From: Paraspadella gotoi
Taxonomy: Eukaryota > Animalia > Chaetognatha
Assembly: GCA_051294375.1 (NCBI GenBank)
Contig: CM119269.1
Span: forward strand, 22,679,808-22,743,807
Direction: 5' to 3'
DNA length: 64,000 nt
A program made the position numbers and the translations under genes. A model generated the notes under the pieces. The model was not told the origin of the DNA and made no database searches. It worked only from the letters and a program-made list of their open reading frames with translations. Shown here one piece after another: positions 12,602 to 24,165 of the stretch (position 1 is the stretch's first letter; every line of letters starts with the position of its first letter).

Positions 12602-14038
12602 AGCGACTATTCTGACTATAAAACTGACAGACTGAATAAAATCATTCATATGAATGACTCGCTACGAACGAACGAACGAACGAACGAACGAACGAACGAA
12701 CGAACGAACGAACGAACGAACGAACGAACGAACGAACGAACGAACGAACGAACGAACGAACGACGAACAAAGAAGGAAGGAAGGAAGGAAGAAAGGAAGC
12801 CCCTCTCTCCTCTAGACAACCACGTGGGCGACGGATCATTCACCGTGGTCTCCAAATTCAAAGACGACGTCGACGCCTTCAAACTTCTCAACGCTCGTCG
12901 GGATTTCCTCGAAGGCCGAAGGGGCGGAGATGAAGGATTGGTGGAAGAGAGACTCTGACGTGAAGGACTTCGTCAGAGAATTGTGTTCGGTGAAGAGAGA
13001 ATTGGATCGATCGATCAATTTAATCAATTAATTTTAAATTATTATAAATATATGATTATAATATTATCATTAATTCATTAAAATTCATTAAATATATAAT
13101 TATTTATTAATTAATTAAAATAATTAATTAATTAATAAATAGAGCAATTCACAAAGAAAAAATTTTGGCACTATTATCCGAAAGTGCCCTCTTTCGTTAC
13201 TATTCCTTGAACCTAATCTTTAAACCAGATAACCAATTTAATGCTGAATTTAAATTACAATTTGTAAACAAGCCTAAAATTTTGATAAGTTATGGCTAAT
13301 CCTTATCTCATAAACTGTTAAATAAATTAACTAAATAAATAAATAAATAAATCCCATGAAAGTCTATAATCTTTTTTTCCGATCAAAGGTATATCCCTTC
13401 GGACTCTGAAAAGGATCGTCCAGAGTTGCTGCTCGACGGAGAGATTCCACTTGGCCGGATGAAGATGACAGAAAATAACGATGAAGTTGACGATGAAGAT
13501 GATAACCCTGTTCCACTCCTTACACCACCCAACTTTTGGTAAAATGTTTGAATGTTTTTTTATTAATTCAGTCATTCATTTATTATTACATTGATTCATT
13601 GTTTCATTTATTTATTTTTCATACATTAATTCATTCACTTATTTTTTATTCATTCATTCATTCATTCATTCATTCATTCATTCATTTATTCATTCATTCA
13701 TTTTTTTATTTATTCGCTCATTCCTTTTTTTTAATTCCTTTTTTTTATTGAATAAATTATTAATTTGTTCATTCTTTCATTTATCCATTCATTCATTCAT
13801 CCATCCATCTATTTATTCATCCACCCCCTCTTTGATTCACAGCCTCACTTCCATCCGCTTCGTTACCCAGCGCCATCTATTTCGCGTGTTTGGCTCTGGC
13901 GTCGACCGATCCATTCCCCCATGGCGGCCGGAAAAACAAAAAAAATCTTCATCGTCATCGTTATCGTTGTCGGGAATCATCGTCATCATCTCTGTTGTTG
14001 TAGCGTTTCTTTCTTGTTTTATTTGGGCCTTTTTGTGA
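5008..14038 (+). CDS. CERK: Ceramide kinase-like lipid kinase (DAGK catalytic family), 11 coding exons, C-terminal hydrophobic tail
   Basis: Exons 5008-5114, 5831-5888, 6116-6317, 7733-7829, 9087-9265, 11201-11308, 11639-11802, 12195-12417, 12816-~12989, 13389-13538, 13843-14038. Motifs in CERK order: RPKRLLIYVNPGCG, GKSIYFSFVAPIF, AMGGDGTCHEIVSG, VGFIPAGSAN, TASLHILTG, FGPMRY, HVGDGSF, LLLDGE, LFRVFGSGVD. Exon 9 has an unresolved stop/frameshift; exon 5 donor is intact only in the inverted copy. Confidence 0.85.
7628..11150. other. ~1.7 kb-arm inverted duplication (foldback) abutting a 25-N gap; likely assembly artefact
   Basis: 7628-~9340 is mirrored by ~9411-11150, including CERK exons 4 and 5; arms differ by many 1-2 bp indels; gap at 11162-11186. 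Confidence 0.9.
7830..8878. repeat. ~38-bp minisatellite (gtgagatggcatggcaaaggttacattgcatggaagag)n; mirrored at ~9947-10946
   Basis: Tandem units begin at the exon 4 donor; source of the CHAISPLP-type ORFs. Confidence 0.9.
11309..11520. repeat. 24-bp minisatellite (gatgaggatttgggacaagatttg)n
   Basis: About eight units starting at the exon 6 donor GTGAG; yields the DEDLGQDL pseudo-ORF. Confidence 0.9.
12665..12762. repeat. (AACG)n microsatellite
   Basis: Perfect tetranucleotide run in CERK intron 8. Confidence 0.95.
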
Positions 14039-15371
14039 CTCTTTTATTGGCCGTGTTGATTAATTGATATTATTTTTTGAAAGCGGCCTGTTTCTGTTCT
14101 TAAATCAATGAACTTAAAATTTAAGAGTAATATTTTTTTAAATTTTGATTTTATAACCTGATCACTAACCAGAATCCATAACTGTAACCTAATATTTAAA
14201 TGTTATCAATTATTTTAATCCTAAAGTTATTATAAATAAAGTGCTAAGTAAGCTGACAATAATTATCTACAAGTTTTTTAACCCCCTCTAGCAGTTACAA
14301 ATGTGTCCTAGGCTTATAACCAGGCTTGAGACTTTTCCATACCTCTAAGATGGTTTTATGGCCGTTCTTATGCTTCCTGAAGTATAAATACTATATAATA
14401 TATAATATAGTATATATCAATCCCAATACCTTATGTTTGTAAGCTAATGGATTTATTCTATGAGCTACTGGTTCACAACTAAAGGATTAATTTTTTTATG
14501 TAGATTAAACCTAGTTCTTACCCATTTCATTATAACCCAATCCCTAACCTTTCCCCTTAAGCCTGAACAAAAAATTCATAATTAAATTTAAAATTGGGCG
14601 CTTTTGGAAAACATGGCCCATTTACTTTTTTTTCTCCTTACTTTTAGATATATATTAAATATACACAGGTAAAGTAGTTTGTTAGTTTTGTGTATTTAAA
14701 GCGTGCTGACTGTAAATGTTTCAGATTTATATTATTTTTATTTTAAATGTTATAGATTAAAATGTCAAACCGTCTTCCTTCCTTTTATGGTGATGCCACC
14801 GCCTCCTGCTCCTCTTCCTCCTCATTCTCCTCCTCCACTTCCTCCTCGTTATTCTCACCTTTCCCCTAGTCCTCTTCCTCCTCCCCTTCCTTTCCCTTGC
14901 AAACTCAAACATTTATTAATTGGATATATATTGCAAATTTCAAGTCTTCGCTCGTGCTTCTACTAAAATATTTTCTCTTGTGCTTCAATCAAATTATTGA
15001 TATATCAATCAGTTTGAAAACTAAATTTTTTTTTTCACTTTTTCAATATTTGACTTTCCTTTTTTGCTGTGATTCTCATGTGTTGCTGCAAAGAATAAGG
15101 AAGACATTTTGAGTTAAGTCATGTAATTGTTATCATGTGTGTATGTTTTGAAACCATTCGGACTACAACTTCTGTATCATTTATTTATCAAAAAAATATT
15201 TAAAAAAGTATTTTGAAAAACATATTTTGACCATTGAGAATTTTAGATCTGGAGTTAGGGTAAAAATTTAGAATTTTCAAAAAAAATTAGCTTGTAGCTA
15301 TTTGATTTTGCTACAATATACATGATACATGTAGGAACAAAAGGTCAAGGGTAATTAAATTAAAAAAATAA

Positions 15372-15443
15372 AGGTAGGGATTCGAACTCGTGACTGTCCA
15401 TACGACAGTCGCGCTCGTTACCATTTCGACATTAGACGGCGCC
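15372..15443 (-). mobile_element. tRNA-derived SINE head
   Basis: Reverse strand has B box gagttcgaatccc and A-box-like tgtcgaaatgg but no cloverleaf; related copy at ~50330-50404. Confidence 0.5.
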
Positions 15444-15744
15444 ATCTTTCAAGCCGACGACTTCCGTTCGGACGACGACGACTTCGATAACGACGGCGAC
15501 GAAGCCCTTAATCCCGCCGTGGGAGCATTTCTGAGAAATCGATCGACATGAGATGCAAAGGAGAGATCGCCCTTGCCTTTGTTAGTTTCTTCAAAAATCG
15601 ATAAAATAGATGGAGAAGAGATCCAGTGGCTCCCGATAGTCAACCGATAGTCAACCGATAGCTCTACAGTGCGATCCCCAATGATTAAGCGGATATTAAA
15701 AATATATTACATTTTAATTTCCTGGCCAAACTTTTGTCCGAGTA

Positions 15745-16252
15745 TAACCTCAGAATCGATCCTTGTGCTTTTCGCTAGCCGAGTAAGCGCTCTGTCAAAT
15801 GAGCTTTAATTCCCCAGTCATTGAAATATTATAAGAAAGAAGAAATAAAAATTTAACTATTTTGTCATTTTCTCAATAATTGTACAATCAATCCTAATGC
15901 TCAGGAGCGATCGCGTTTTATTACGAACGGCAAGAAAGTGCCTTATAAAATTAGCTAATTCCGCCTAACTTCTACTCGGCTACGCCTGGTTACGGTATCA
16001 AAAATATAATCATATTTACTTTTGAATTTCTTCAATAAATTATAAAAATTGGTACTTGCGGAATATAGTCCTCATTCCGAGTAACTCTGGCATGAAGAGC
16101 GAGCGCTCTACCTGCTGAGCAAATTCCGCAGTACTACTAGAAGTAAAAGTTTAAAACGTAAATATTTATTTATTTATTTATTTTTTAATTTACGCGAAGA
16201 TTCAGTCCATGGAGAACAGGGGTGTTGATCCAAGTACTTCTAATATTCCCCC
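15745..16252 (-). pseudogene. Array of about four decayed tRNA-Ala copies
   Basis: Fragments resembling the intact gene at ~15750-15815 (gcgctctgtcaaatgagctttaattcccc), ~15901-15965, ~16059-16128 (gcgagcgctctacctgctgagcaaattcc), ~16209-16252 (tggagaa...gatcc...ttcccc), same strand, ~150-170 bp spacing. Confidence 0.65.
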
Positions 16253-16382
16253 AAAAATACTATTTATTAATTGCCCCAAATTAAGTACCACTCCCATGCT
16301 ATGATACTATTTTAACTAATTTCCATGTGATGGCTTGGAAAATATAAAAATAATGATAACGTTTGCTACTAAACTTTCGACA

Positions 16383-16455
16383 TGGAGAATTCGGGTATCG
16401 ATCCCGGTACCTCTCGCATGCAAAGCGAGCGCTCTACCGTTTGAGCTAATTCCCC
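16383..16455 (-). tRNA. tRNA-Ala, anticodon TGC
   Basis: Reverse complement GGGGAATTAGCTCAAACGGTAGAGCGCTCGCTTTGCATGCGAGAGGTACCGGGATCGATACCCGAATTCTCCA: 73 nt, acceptor stem with G3:U70, anticodon stem CTCGC/GCGAG; one C-A mismatch at the T-stem base. Confidence 0.88.
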
Positions 16456-16928
16456 AACGCTCAAGGTATAATATATAGATATAAAAATTAAGATTTTATT
16501 ACGTAATTAATTTTTTGATTATTTAATTCAGTGACAAAAAAGAATAAAACTTATGTGAATTCTCAAATCAAAAAGAAACTTTTTATGGTTCAGCAATTCA
16601 ACTCAACCGTAACGAAACATAAATATTAAATTATTAAATATTAAATTAAATAACCTTAATCCAATAACAATTTATCCTCTCCACCCCTTTCTGTTCTGAC
16701 TTTTAGATATTTTGAAATTTTCAATAAATGACGTCAATGATGTCTAATTAGAAAAAAACTAGGGCAGAAAGTAACTTTTAACTTTGTGTTGCTATGCCAT
16801 GCTACCTCGATTACATTATAAAAGAAGATACTCTATATAAAGAATATAATTAAATCTAATATTTTGTGAAAAATATTAAAATTTATTAAAACGCAAATTG
16901 AGTCTACAACGATTTGTTTTATTTAATA

Positions 16929-16971
16929 ATGAACATGTTTCGACTTGTAAGTTTCAAGTCTTCAACAGCAT
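16929..16971 (-). ncRNA. Degenerate minimal hammerhead ribozyme (Penelope-like remnant)
   Basis: atg CTGTTGA a gacttg-loop-caagtc GAAA catg tt cat; core has CUGUUGA instead of CUGANGA; followed by acacaacgaaacgaaaggata like the element at 30025-30306. Confidence 0.65.
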
Positions 16972-17121
16972 TTTGACCTTTTTACACAACGAAACGAAAG
17001 GATAAATTCAATACATTTATTTGAAAATTTAATTTTTCATAATATTTATTTTTCATTAGATTAAATTATAAATTAAGGTAACTACGGTAAACCTATTTTC
17101 CAAATTGAAACAAAAGAGAAG

Positions 17122-17203
<82 letters not shown>

Positions 17204-17282
17204 GAGAGATCTATTCTCTATAAAATATCAAATATTAGCATGACAACTTTATCCGTCTTTCGGCGATTCCAACGCGCCCTCT

Positions 17283-17370
17283 CGTGCCGGTGCAGATCCG
17301 TGCCAACACAGATTCGTGCCGGTGCAGATCCGTGCCAACACAGATTCGTGCCGGTACAGATCCGTGCCAA
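17283..17370. repeat. ~32-bp tandem repeat (cgtgccggtgcagatccgtgccaacacagatt), nearly 3 copies
   Basis: Directly visible; lies just upstream of the first exon at 17507. Confidence 0.9.
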
Positions 17371-17506
17371 CTTAAGCTCGCGTGTGTCGGCGTTTGACGT
17401 CGACACGAAACAGAAAATAAAAACCACAAAACAAAATGGCCGCCTGACGACAATTGGCCGAAACAGAGATGAAATTTTGTTTTGTTACTTTACATAACTA
17501 AAAATA

Positions 17507-19283
17507 ATGGTAAGTTAAGTAATTTTATATTTTTAATTATTTAATATTGTGTTAGTTTGAAACATAATGAAAATTTCGATAAAGATCATTATTGGTCGTT
17601 GGATATTTTTAACAACAATGCTAAAGAGTAAAGTAAGATATTAATTCTTATTATTGTATTAATGTATAAGACAGTCAAGTGGTCAGTCATTTAGTCGGTC
17701 TGTCAGTAATTTAGTAGTCTGTCAGTCAGTCAGTCAGCGAGTGAAAAACTATTATCGTTGGATATAAAATAATTAAAAATTGATAAAAGATAAATTTATT
17801 TATATACAACACATAATCAATAACTAATTAAAAACCAAAGTCTCATTTCTCTCTGTAGCAGATTAATTTGTGAATTTTCAAATGAGATTGAGTTCCATTA
17901 ATCTCATTTGGTGATTAACATCGTTTTATGAGGAAAACGCATATTATTTTTATTTGCTCAAATAAAAATAATATGCGTTTTCCTCATAAAACGATGTTAA
18001 TCACCAATACTATGTACTCATACCGCATATACGATGACTCTCAAGCAATTAATCTCATTTGCATATTGTCGCGTTCTGATTTACAATGGCCATTAGCCAA
18101 TGATCACGTTTGTATATATGGTTCAATCAATAGCTAAACAATTAATATTTTAATTATCATAATAACCTAATTAAACTTTTAATTAAATACTCTCTTTGAC
18201 TCAGGTCGAGGGTAAGTCGGGCGGCGGCGCCAAATCGGGTAAGGGTATCACTCCCTCCGCCTCGAAATCTTACCTGGCGAGAGTCTTACTTCATGACAAC
18301 GTCTCACAGCAGCAATTGCTGGATATGAAGCTAAGGTAAGGGAAGGCGAGGGTCAGGGTTTGGTCAGATTAGGTCAATTTGGGTCAGGTCGGCCAAGGTC
18401 AGGGTGAGGTCAGGTCGTATATAATCAGGAAGAGGTTAGATTGGGTCAATTTGGGTCATATGAGGTCGGGTCGGTTAACGTCTCTATCCCTCTCCTTCAT
18501 TCTCTCTCTCTCCCTTATCCCTTATCATCATCATCTCTCTCTTCCCCCCCTCTCTCTCTCTATCTCTCTCATGCTCTCTCTCTCTCTCTTCCTTTCTCTC
18601 TCCAGTCAAATCGCCATCCAACAGAAACGCGTCACCCGAATGTGGGACAACCACAAGAAAACCTTCGTCTACAAACAATTCCAGGCACTATTTTCTTGTT
18701 TCTCAAATTAATAGTAATAATATTTAATATTAATTTTTTACTAAATATTTAACTAATAATTAACATTATTTTGTAACTTTAATACCTAACCAATACCTGA
18801 TCTACTAACCCTAATGCCTAAGCCTTAACCTAAATCCCTAACCCTAATCCCTAACCTTAATCCCTAACCATAATCCCTAACCTTAATCCCTAACCTAAAT
18901 CCCTAACCTAAATCACTAATCTAATTCCTAACCCTAATACTTAATCCCTATCCTCAATTATTAACCTAATCGTTACATTTAAAAATTTATTTCTTAAATT
19001 AAAACCGAAATTGAGCGGTTTTGGAAAATGTGTTGGCCCATTTACAGAAGCAGCAGCAATTTCGCGACACCGCGGTTGACCCCACCCTGGTCAGGCTCGT
19101 CCCGCCCAGCGTTCAAAAGGTAAGTTGTTAGTCACTCGGTCGCCGAATTTGTAAGACGATGGATGGAAAAGATTTCAGCTATAAGTCGAGAAGAAAGTTG
19201 GGTTTTTAGATTTGGAAAAATCAAATGTTTATTTGTCAGTAATTTGTTTCATTTTATTTATCAGTTATTTTATTATTATTATT

Positions 19284-19364
<81 letters not shown>

Positions 19365-20667
19365 TATTTGTTCATAATATTTTTTTCATTTATTTATTTT
19401 ATTTTATCACTTAAAAAAATCAATTTGATAAAATGTTAGAATTAAATTTTAGGATATATCAGAATGTCAGAGCGTCACAATTTTGGAGAAATGTCAGAAA
19501 GTCAAAATTCAATTTTAGTAATAAGAATTTTTTAAACCAAAATTCCTGAGAATAAAAACTTAGAATCCTAGTAGATGATTGTAAAATCGTAGGTTTATGA
19601 AATTTCGACAAACAAATATAACAATTATCCAATATCCATTCATATAATAAATAAGCTATCTTGCCTCTGACTTTGGACTGGCTTTGTTTGTTTAAGCTTT
19701 CAAGCTTTCAATCAAGACTTAGAATCGGATTATTATTAATTGATTGATTAATCGAATATTAAAATGATCCAGACTTTTTTTATTTATGTATTTCGTTTCA
19801 AATCTTATGTTTTTTGGCAAAAAAGAAATTATGTTGATGCCGAAGACGATTGTGAAGATGATGATGATGATTATGGTGATGATGATGATGATGATGATTA
19901 TGATTATTATGATGATGATGGTGATGATGATGATGATGATGATTATGGTGATTATGCTGATGATGATGATGCTGTCGTCGTCGTTGTTGTTGTTGTTGAT
20001 CCAATTGGAAGAAAAAATGGATTATTAACCTTCGCTTTTTATGTTCGTCTTTTGAGTCTCTGTGTTTTTTTTTGTCCTTTAAACCGAAACAAAACAAAAA
20101 CGAAACGAAACTAAAACGAAACCTAATTTTATACCAAAACAAAAACAAAACCAAAACTTAAAAACCAAACCAAAACTTTTGACCAAACAAACCCAAATAA
20201 AAAAACAAAACAAAAACAAAACTTTCAACATTGTCCGTGTTTTTTTTCGTTCGCAAAGGAATATTGTCTTATGGTGTCTGAAACGGAATCGGCTCCACTG
20301 AGCGAGAGAACCAAGCTTTCCGTAAGTCGTGAGGGAATCAAGCTGCTTGCTAGATTCTTTCTTCACTTTGCTTACTTTCTTTTTATTTTTTATCTTTTTT
20401 CTTCTCTTTTCTTTTCTTTTCTTTTTTGACGTTTCTTTTTTTTTTCTTTTCTTTTCTTTGTTTTTTCTTTTCTTTTCTTTGTTTTTTCTTTTCTTTTCTT
20501 TTCTTTTCTTTGTTTTTTTCTTTTCATTTTTTCTTTTTTACTTATCTTTCTATTTATATCTTTCTTTCTCTATCTTTCTTTACAACCTTGAAAGCAGCTC
20601 CCACTCAGACTAGTAATGTCTGGACACAAGACCTCTCTGTCCCTCTCTCTCCCTCTCTCTCTATTTC

Positions 20668-20698
<31 letters not shown>

Positions 20699-23600
20699 AT
20701 TTCTCTCTCTCTCTCTCTCCCTCTCTCTCTCCTTTTAACACAGAATCACAAAATAGAATTTGAAAAAAAAAATCAATTAAATAAGTAGAATTAAATGTTT
20801 TCATCACTATTTAGTGTAGCCAAATGTATTAAATAAGTAGAATTAAATGTTTTCATCACTATTTAGTGTAGCTAAATGTATTTTACCACTAATAAATGTT
20901 CCCTCCTTTCAGCGAAATTCAGCTCACAGATACTAAAACTGTAACAATAAATCTATTTTCGTGTCGGTTACCTTCAATCATCGATTAAAAAAAAAAACAA
21001 TTCACTCTTACTGTAACAGTACAGCGCATCGAGCAGGATGCGACCCTACCCCTTTTCCTTGTAGCTAAAAATATCACGTAAAATGTCACAAAAAAATGTC
21101 ACAACGTGTCACAGGAGCACGGCCTCACACTTCCCCCGATCGAAGCGGCGGAAAAAACAGAGAGTTCTCCGTCGCCGATTCAGGTATTGAATGTTTATTA
21201 ATAGTGAACACGAAATAATTAATAATAATTATCATTTAATTAATTATCGATTATCTAAAATCCATAATCAATTTTGAATTCTTACATTTCTTAAGGACGG
21301 GTCCACAGATCATGTGTTGCATTGGCGTAAAAGTCTTTCGCTGTGAAAAATTTTAATTAGCTGGTCAACAATTGAATATCGTTTCAGCACAAAAACTTTA
21401 GTCAAAACAAGTAGTTGAAATTAGTTATTCTCTCTTTTTCTCACTCAATCACATTTCCACTTTTCGGACGACGACCACGAATTTCATGAAAAGCGCCCCT
21501 CTACTGTTCCTTAATTTCGTAAGCTTAATTTAAAAAAATTATAATATTTAACCTTAATGCTAATTTCATACAAAATCTTTGAGCTTCCCCGTGAGCCAAA
21601 TCCGATGATGCGAAAAAAAAATTAATTATACGTAAACTAGTTGCTCAGTTGCTCACCCTTCTGAGAGTATCTATATCGTAGGATTTAATGCGTCTTTAGA
21701 GATCAAGAACTGGAGGTAAGCAAAAGGCAAGCATCGGTTAACGATAGTAACAACAATGACCTCTCAGGTAAGCTCGGTTTAGCCACTATTCAAATAACAT
21801 GAAACCGTAATAATAAACTCTAAACATATAAACCAATAACCATATATATAAAAACCCCGACGATGGCCAACTAACTTTAATGCGATCTGTATGAAATAGA
21901 ATCATGATTAATCAGAGCAATGAAATAACAATAAACTGTATTGTTTATAGACAAATATTGATTGTTTATATTTTTAAACAGTTTTACAAAAGGCGAATAA
22001 GAACGACGGATCACGACAAGAGTTTATGTCCAACAAAGCCACTACCAAAAACTCGGCATCGCTAGAAAAAATTCTTCTACATGAAGCAAAAAACCTTATC
22101 CAAAAGCAGCTTTAATTTTTTACCATTACAAAAGTCGAATGCTCATAACAACTTTGGTTTCTGCTTACAAACCTTTCTAGTTCTAAATCACTAAAAGAAA
22201 AAAAATAAGATTTTACAGGTTGGAACCTCATGATAGCTAAGGAATATTCCTTCTTCTCAAAATGATTTTTCTTGAAAAATAAAGGTAAAAAACTGGTCAC
22301 TTTATCGAGCTTAAACTACTAATTTTTACCAATTGTCCTGCCATAAGCACTCGTCTTTCTTTAGTTTTTCAATATAGCACAAGCTAATTATAGGCAGTGA
22401 AAACTGAAAAGACATCTTTGTCTTGCCAATAATCTTTTGGCACAAAAAAGCAGTCTTGAAAATTGCTTAGTCAGCCAGCTAGAATTATTTCAATAAAGGC
22501 TGGAGCATCATTCTCTCAGGAACCAAAAGGTTTATGGACTTAATAGTGAAAAAAAAAACACCAATAAATCTGTAACACTGCCTTAAAAACTTAATACAAA
22601 ATCGTTCATTGCACTCGATTCGCCGACAATTTGGCGATTTTATCATCTTTGTGAGAAAATAGATTTGAAGTTGTTAATGATAATTGAGAAAAATAAAATT
22701 TATACCCAAAAAACGTCAGGTAGATTTTAAAAAATCTGAGTAAGTCTATCTCAACTCAGTAAATCTGAGTAAATCTGAGTAAATCTGAGTAAGTCTATCT
22801 TAACTCAGTAAAGTACGACAGTGGTTTCTTTCGTATCATCGCATTTGACTCCCTAAACCTAATCACAAACTTTTAAACTCCAAATTCTTTCTCCTTAATC
22901 ATCTTAAACCGAATCGTCAACTTATTTTCTTAAACTTAATCTTTAACCGGAATTCCAAACCTTAACTTCTAATCCAAACTAATTAGCTTATCCCCCCTCC
23001 CAAAAAATTAAATGTAAAAATAAATAAATAAACCACGTAGAAAAAAGATATTAAAAAAAATATAAATAAAACGGTAATATTTTAATTATCGTTAAATATT
23101 ATAAAATCTACAAAGATACTAGAAATATAATAATAAAGTAGGTTATTTTCGCAATTCTGTAGCAAGTCTGGATTTTTAAATACCACATATAAACTGGGGG
23201 GCTCTTTTAGTGAAAATACATCTACATATATTTCCATATATTTTTTTCCAGTCAATTCCACATCCCCCCTCAAACCAATTCCACCTCCACCTGACAAACC
23301 TCCCTTTCCTCCCCAGGACCCCGTCGACCTCGAAGCCCCTCCGGCCGTCCCCCTCCACGACGCCGCCCTCGACGACAGCGTGGCGTCGCTGGAGGATCGA
23401 GCGGCCGGGCGTCGGTCGCCGACGCGGGCCGACTCGGTCGAGACTCCTCCCTTGGAAGTGGCCGCGGCCAAAAAGTCCGCCGCCGCCAAACCGCCCGTCG
23501 AGTTGCCGCCCGTGAAGAAGGCCGCTGTGGCCTATGACGAAGACGTCGTCAATGATAAGAGGTGATGATGATGATGATGATGACTAAGACGTCGTTAATG

Positions 23601-24165
23601 ATAAGAGGTGATGATGATGATGATGATGATGTTTTTGACAGTTTTGGTGATAACAATGACATAATGGTGATGATGATGACAGCTGTAATGACAATGATTT
23701 CAGTTGTGATGGTAACGATGGTGATAGTGATGAAAATGATGGCAGTGGCGATTATAAGGTAAATGGTGATGACAATGATGTCGACAGTAGTGAGGATAAT
23801 GACGGTGTTTGCGACAGTAGTGATGATAGTGATGCTGATGATGAAAGTTACGGTGGTGATGATGATGATGATGATGATGATAACGATGACAATAACGGTG
23901 ACAATGTTTCAATAACCAAAATGACATCTAAAAAATAGCTCAATATAATGACTATGATACTGACATCAATGTCAAAAGATTGATGATGACAAAGTGCTTT
24001 TTACATCAATGTCAAAAGATTGATGATGACAAAGAACTTTTTACATCAATGTCAATAGATTGATGATGACAAAGTCCTTTTCACTTCAGGTTTTCTGATT
24101 TGTTTGAATCGTTGACTGGCAACTTCTTCACGGACGCATTTGGCAGACATCCACTCATCGCCTGA
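17507..24165 (+). CDS. Uncharacterised protein (~270 aa), 8 coding exons
   Basis: ATG|GTAAGT at 17507-17509; exons 18205-18335, 18606-18684 (GC donor), 19048-19119, 20259-20321, 21115-21183, 23317-23561, 24090-24165, all phase-compatible: MVEGKSGGGAKSGKG...DMKLSQIAIQQKRVTRMWDNHKKTFVYKQFQKQQQFRD...VVNDKRFSDLFESLTGNFFTDAFGRHPLIA*. No family recognised. Confidence 0.75.
17908..18007. repeat. Perfect 100-bp palindrome (49-bp arms, 2-nt spacer)
   Basis: 17908-17956 is the exact reverse complement of 17959-18007. Confidence 0.92.
18770..19039. mobile_element. MITE-like element with degenerate (CCCTAA)n interior
   Basis: ccctaacctt/ccctaaccta repeats ending in aaattgagcggttttggaaaatgtgttggccc, the family terminus, directly before the exon 4 acceptor. 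Confidence 0.6.
21593..22851. mobile_element. Decayed DNA transposon with ~23-bp imperfect TIRs
   Basis: gagccaaatccgatgatgcgaaa (21593) vs reverse complement gagtcaaatgcgatgatacgaaa (~22850); appears to interrupt a CCCTAA-MITE copy; no intact transposase. Confidence 0.55.

Noticed and set aside
12956-12958. In-frame TGA as selenocysteine or programmed readthrough
   Set aside because: Readthrough alone does not restore phase with exon 10, the position is not a known Cys site, and no SECIS was recognised.
15446-15660. Coding-like acidic segment (FQADDFRSDDDD...)
   Set aside because: In-frame stop, no supported splice partners, no recognisable family.
18790-18965. True telomere or chromosome fusion site
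   Set aside because: Repeats are highly degenerate, short and bounded by MITE termini at many loci.
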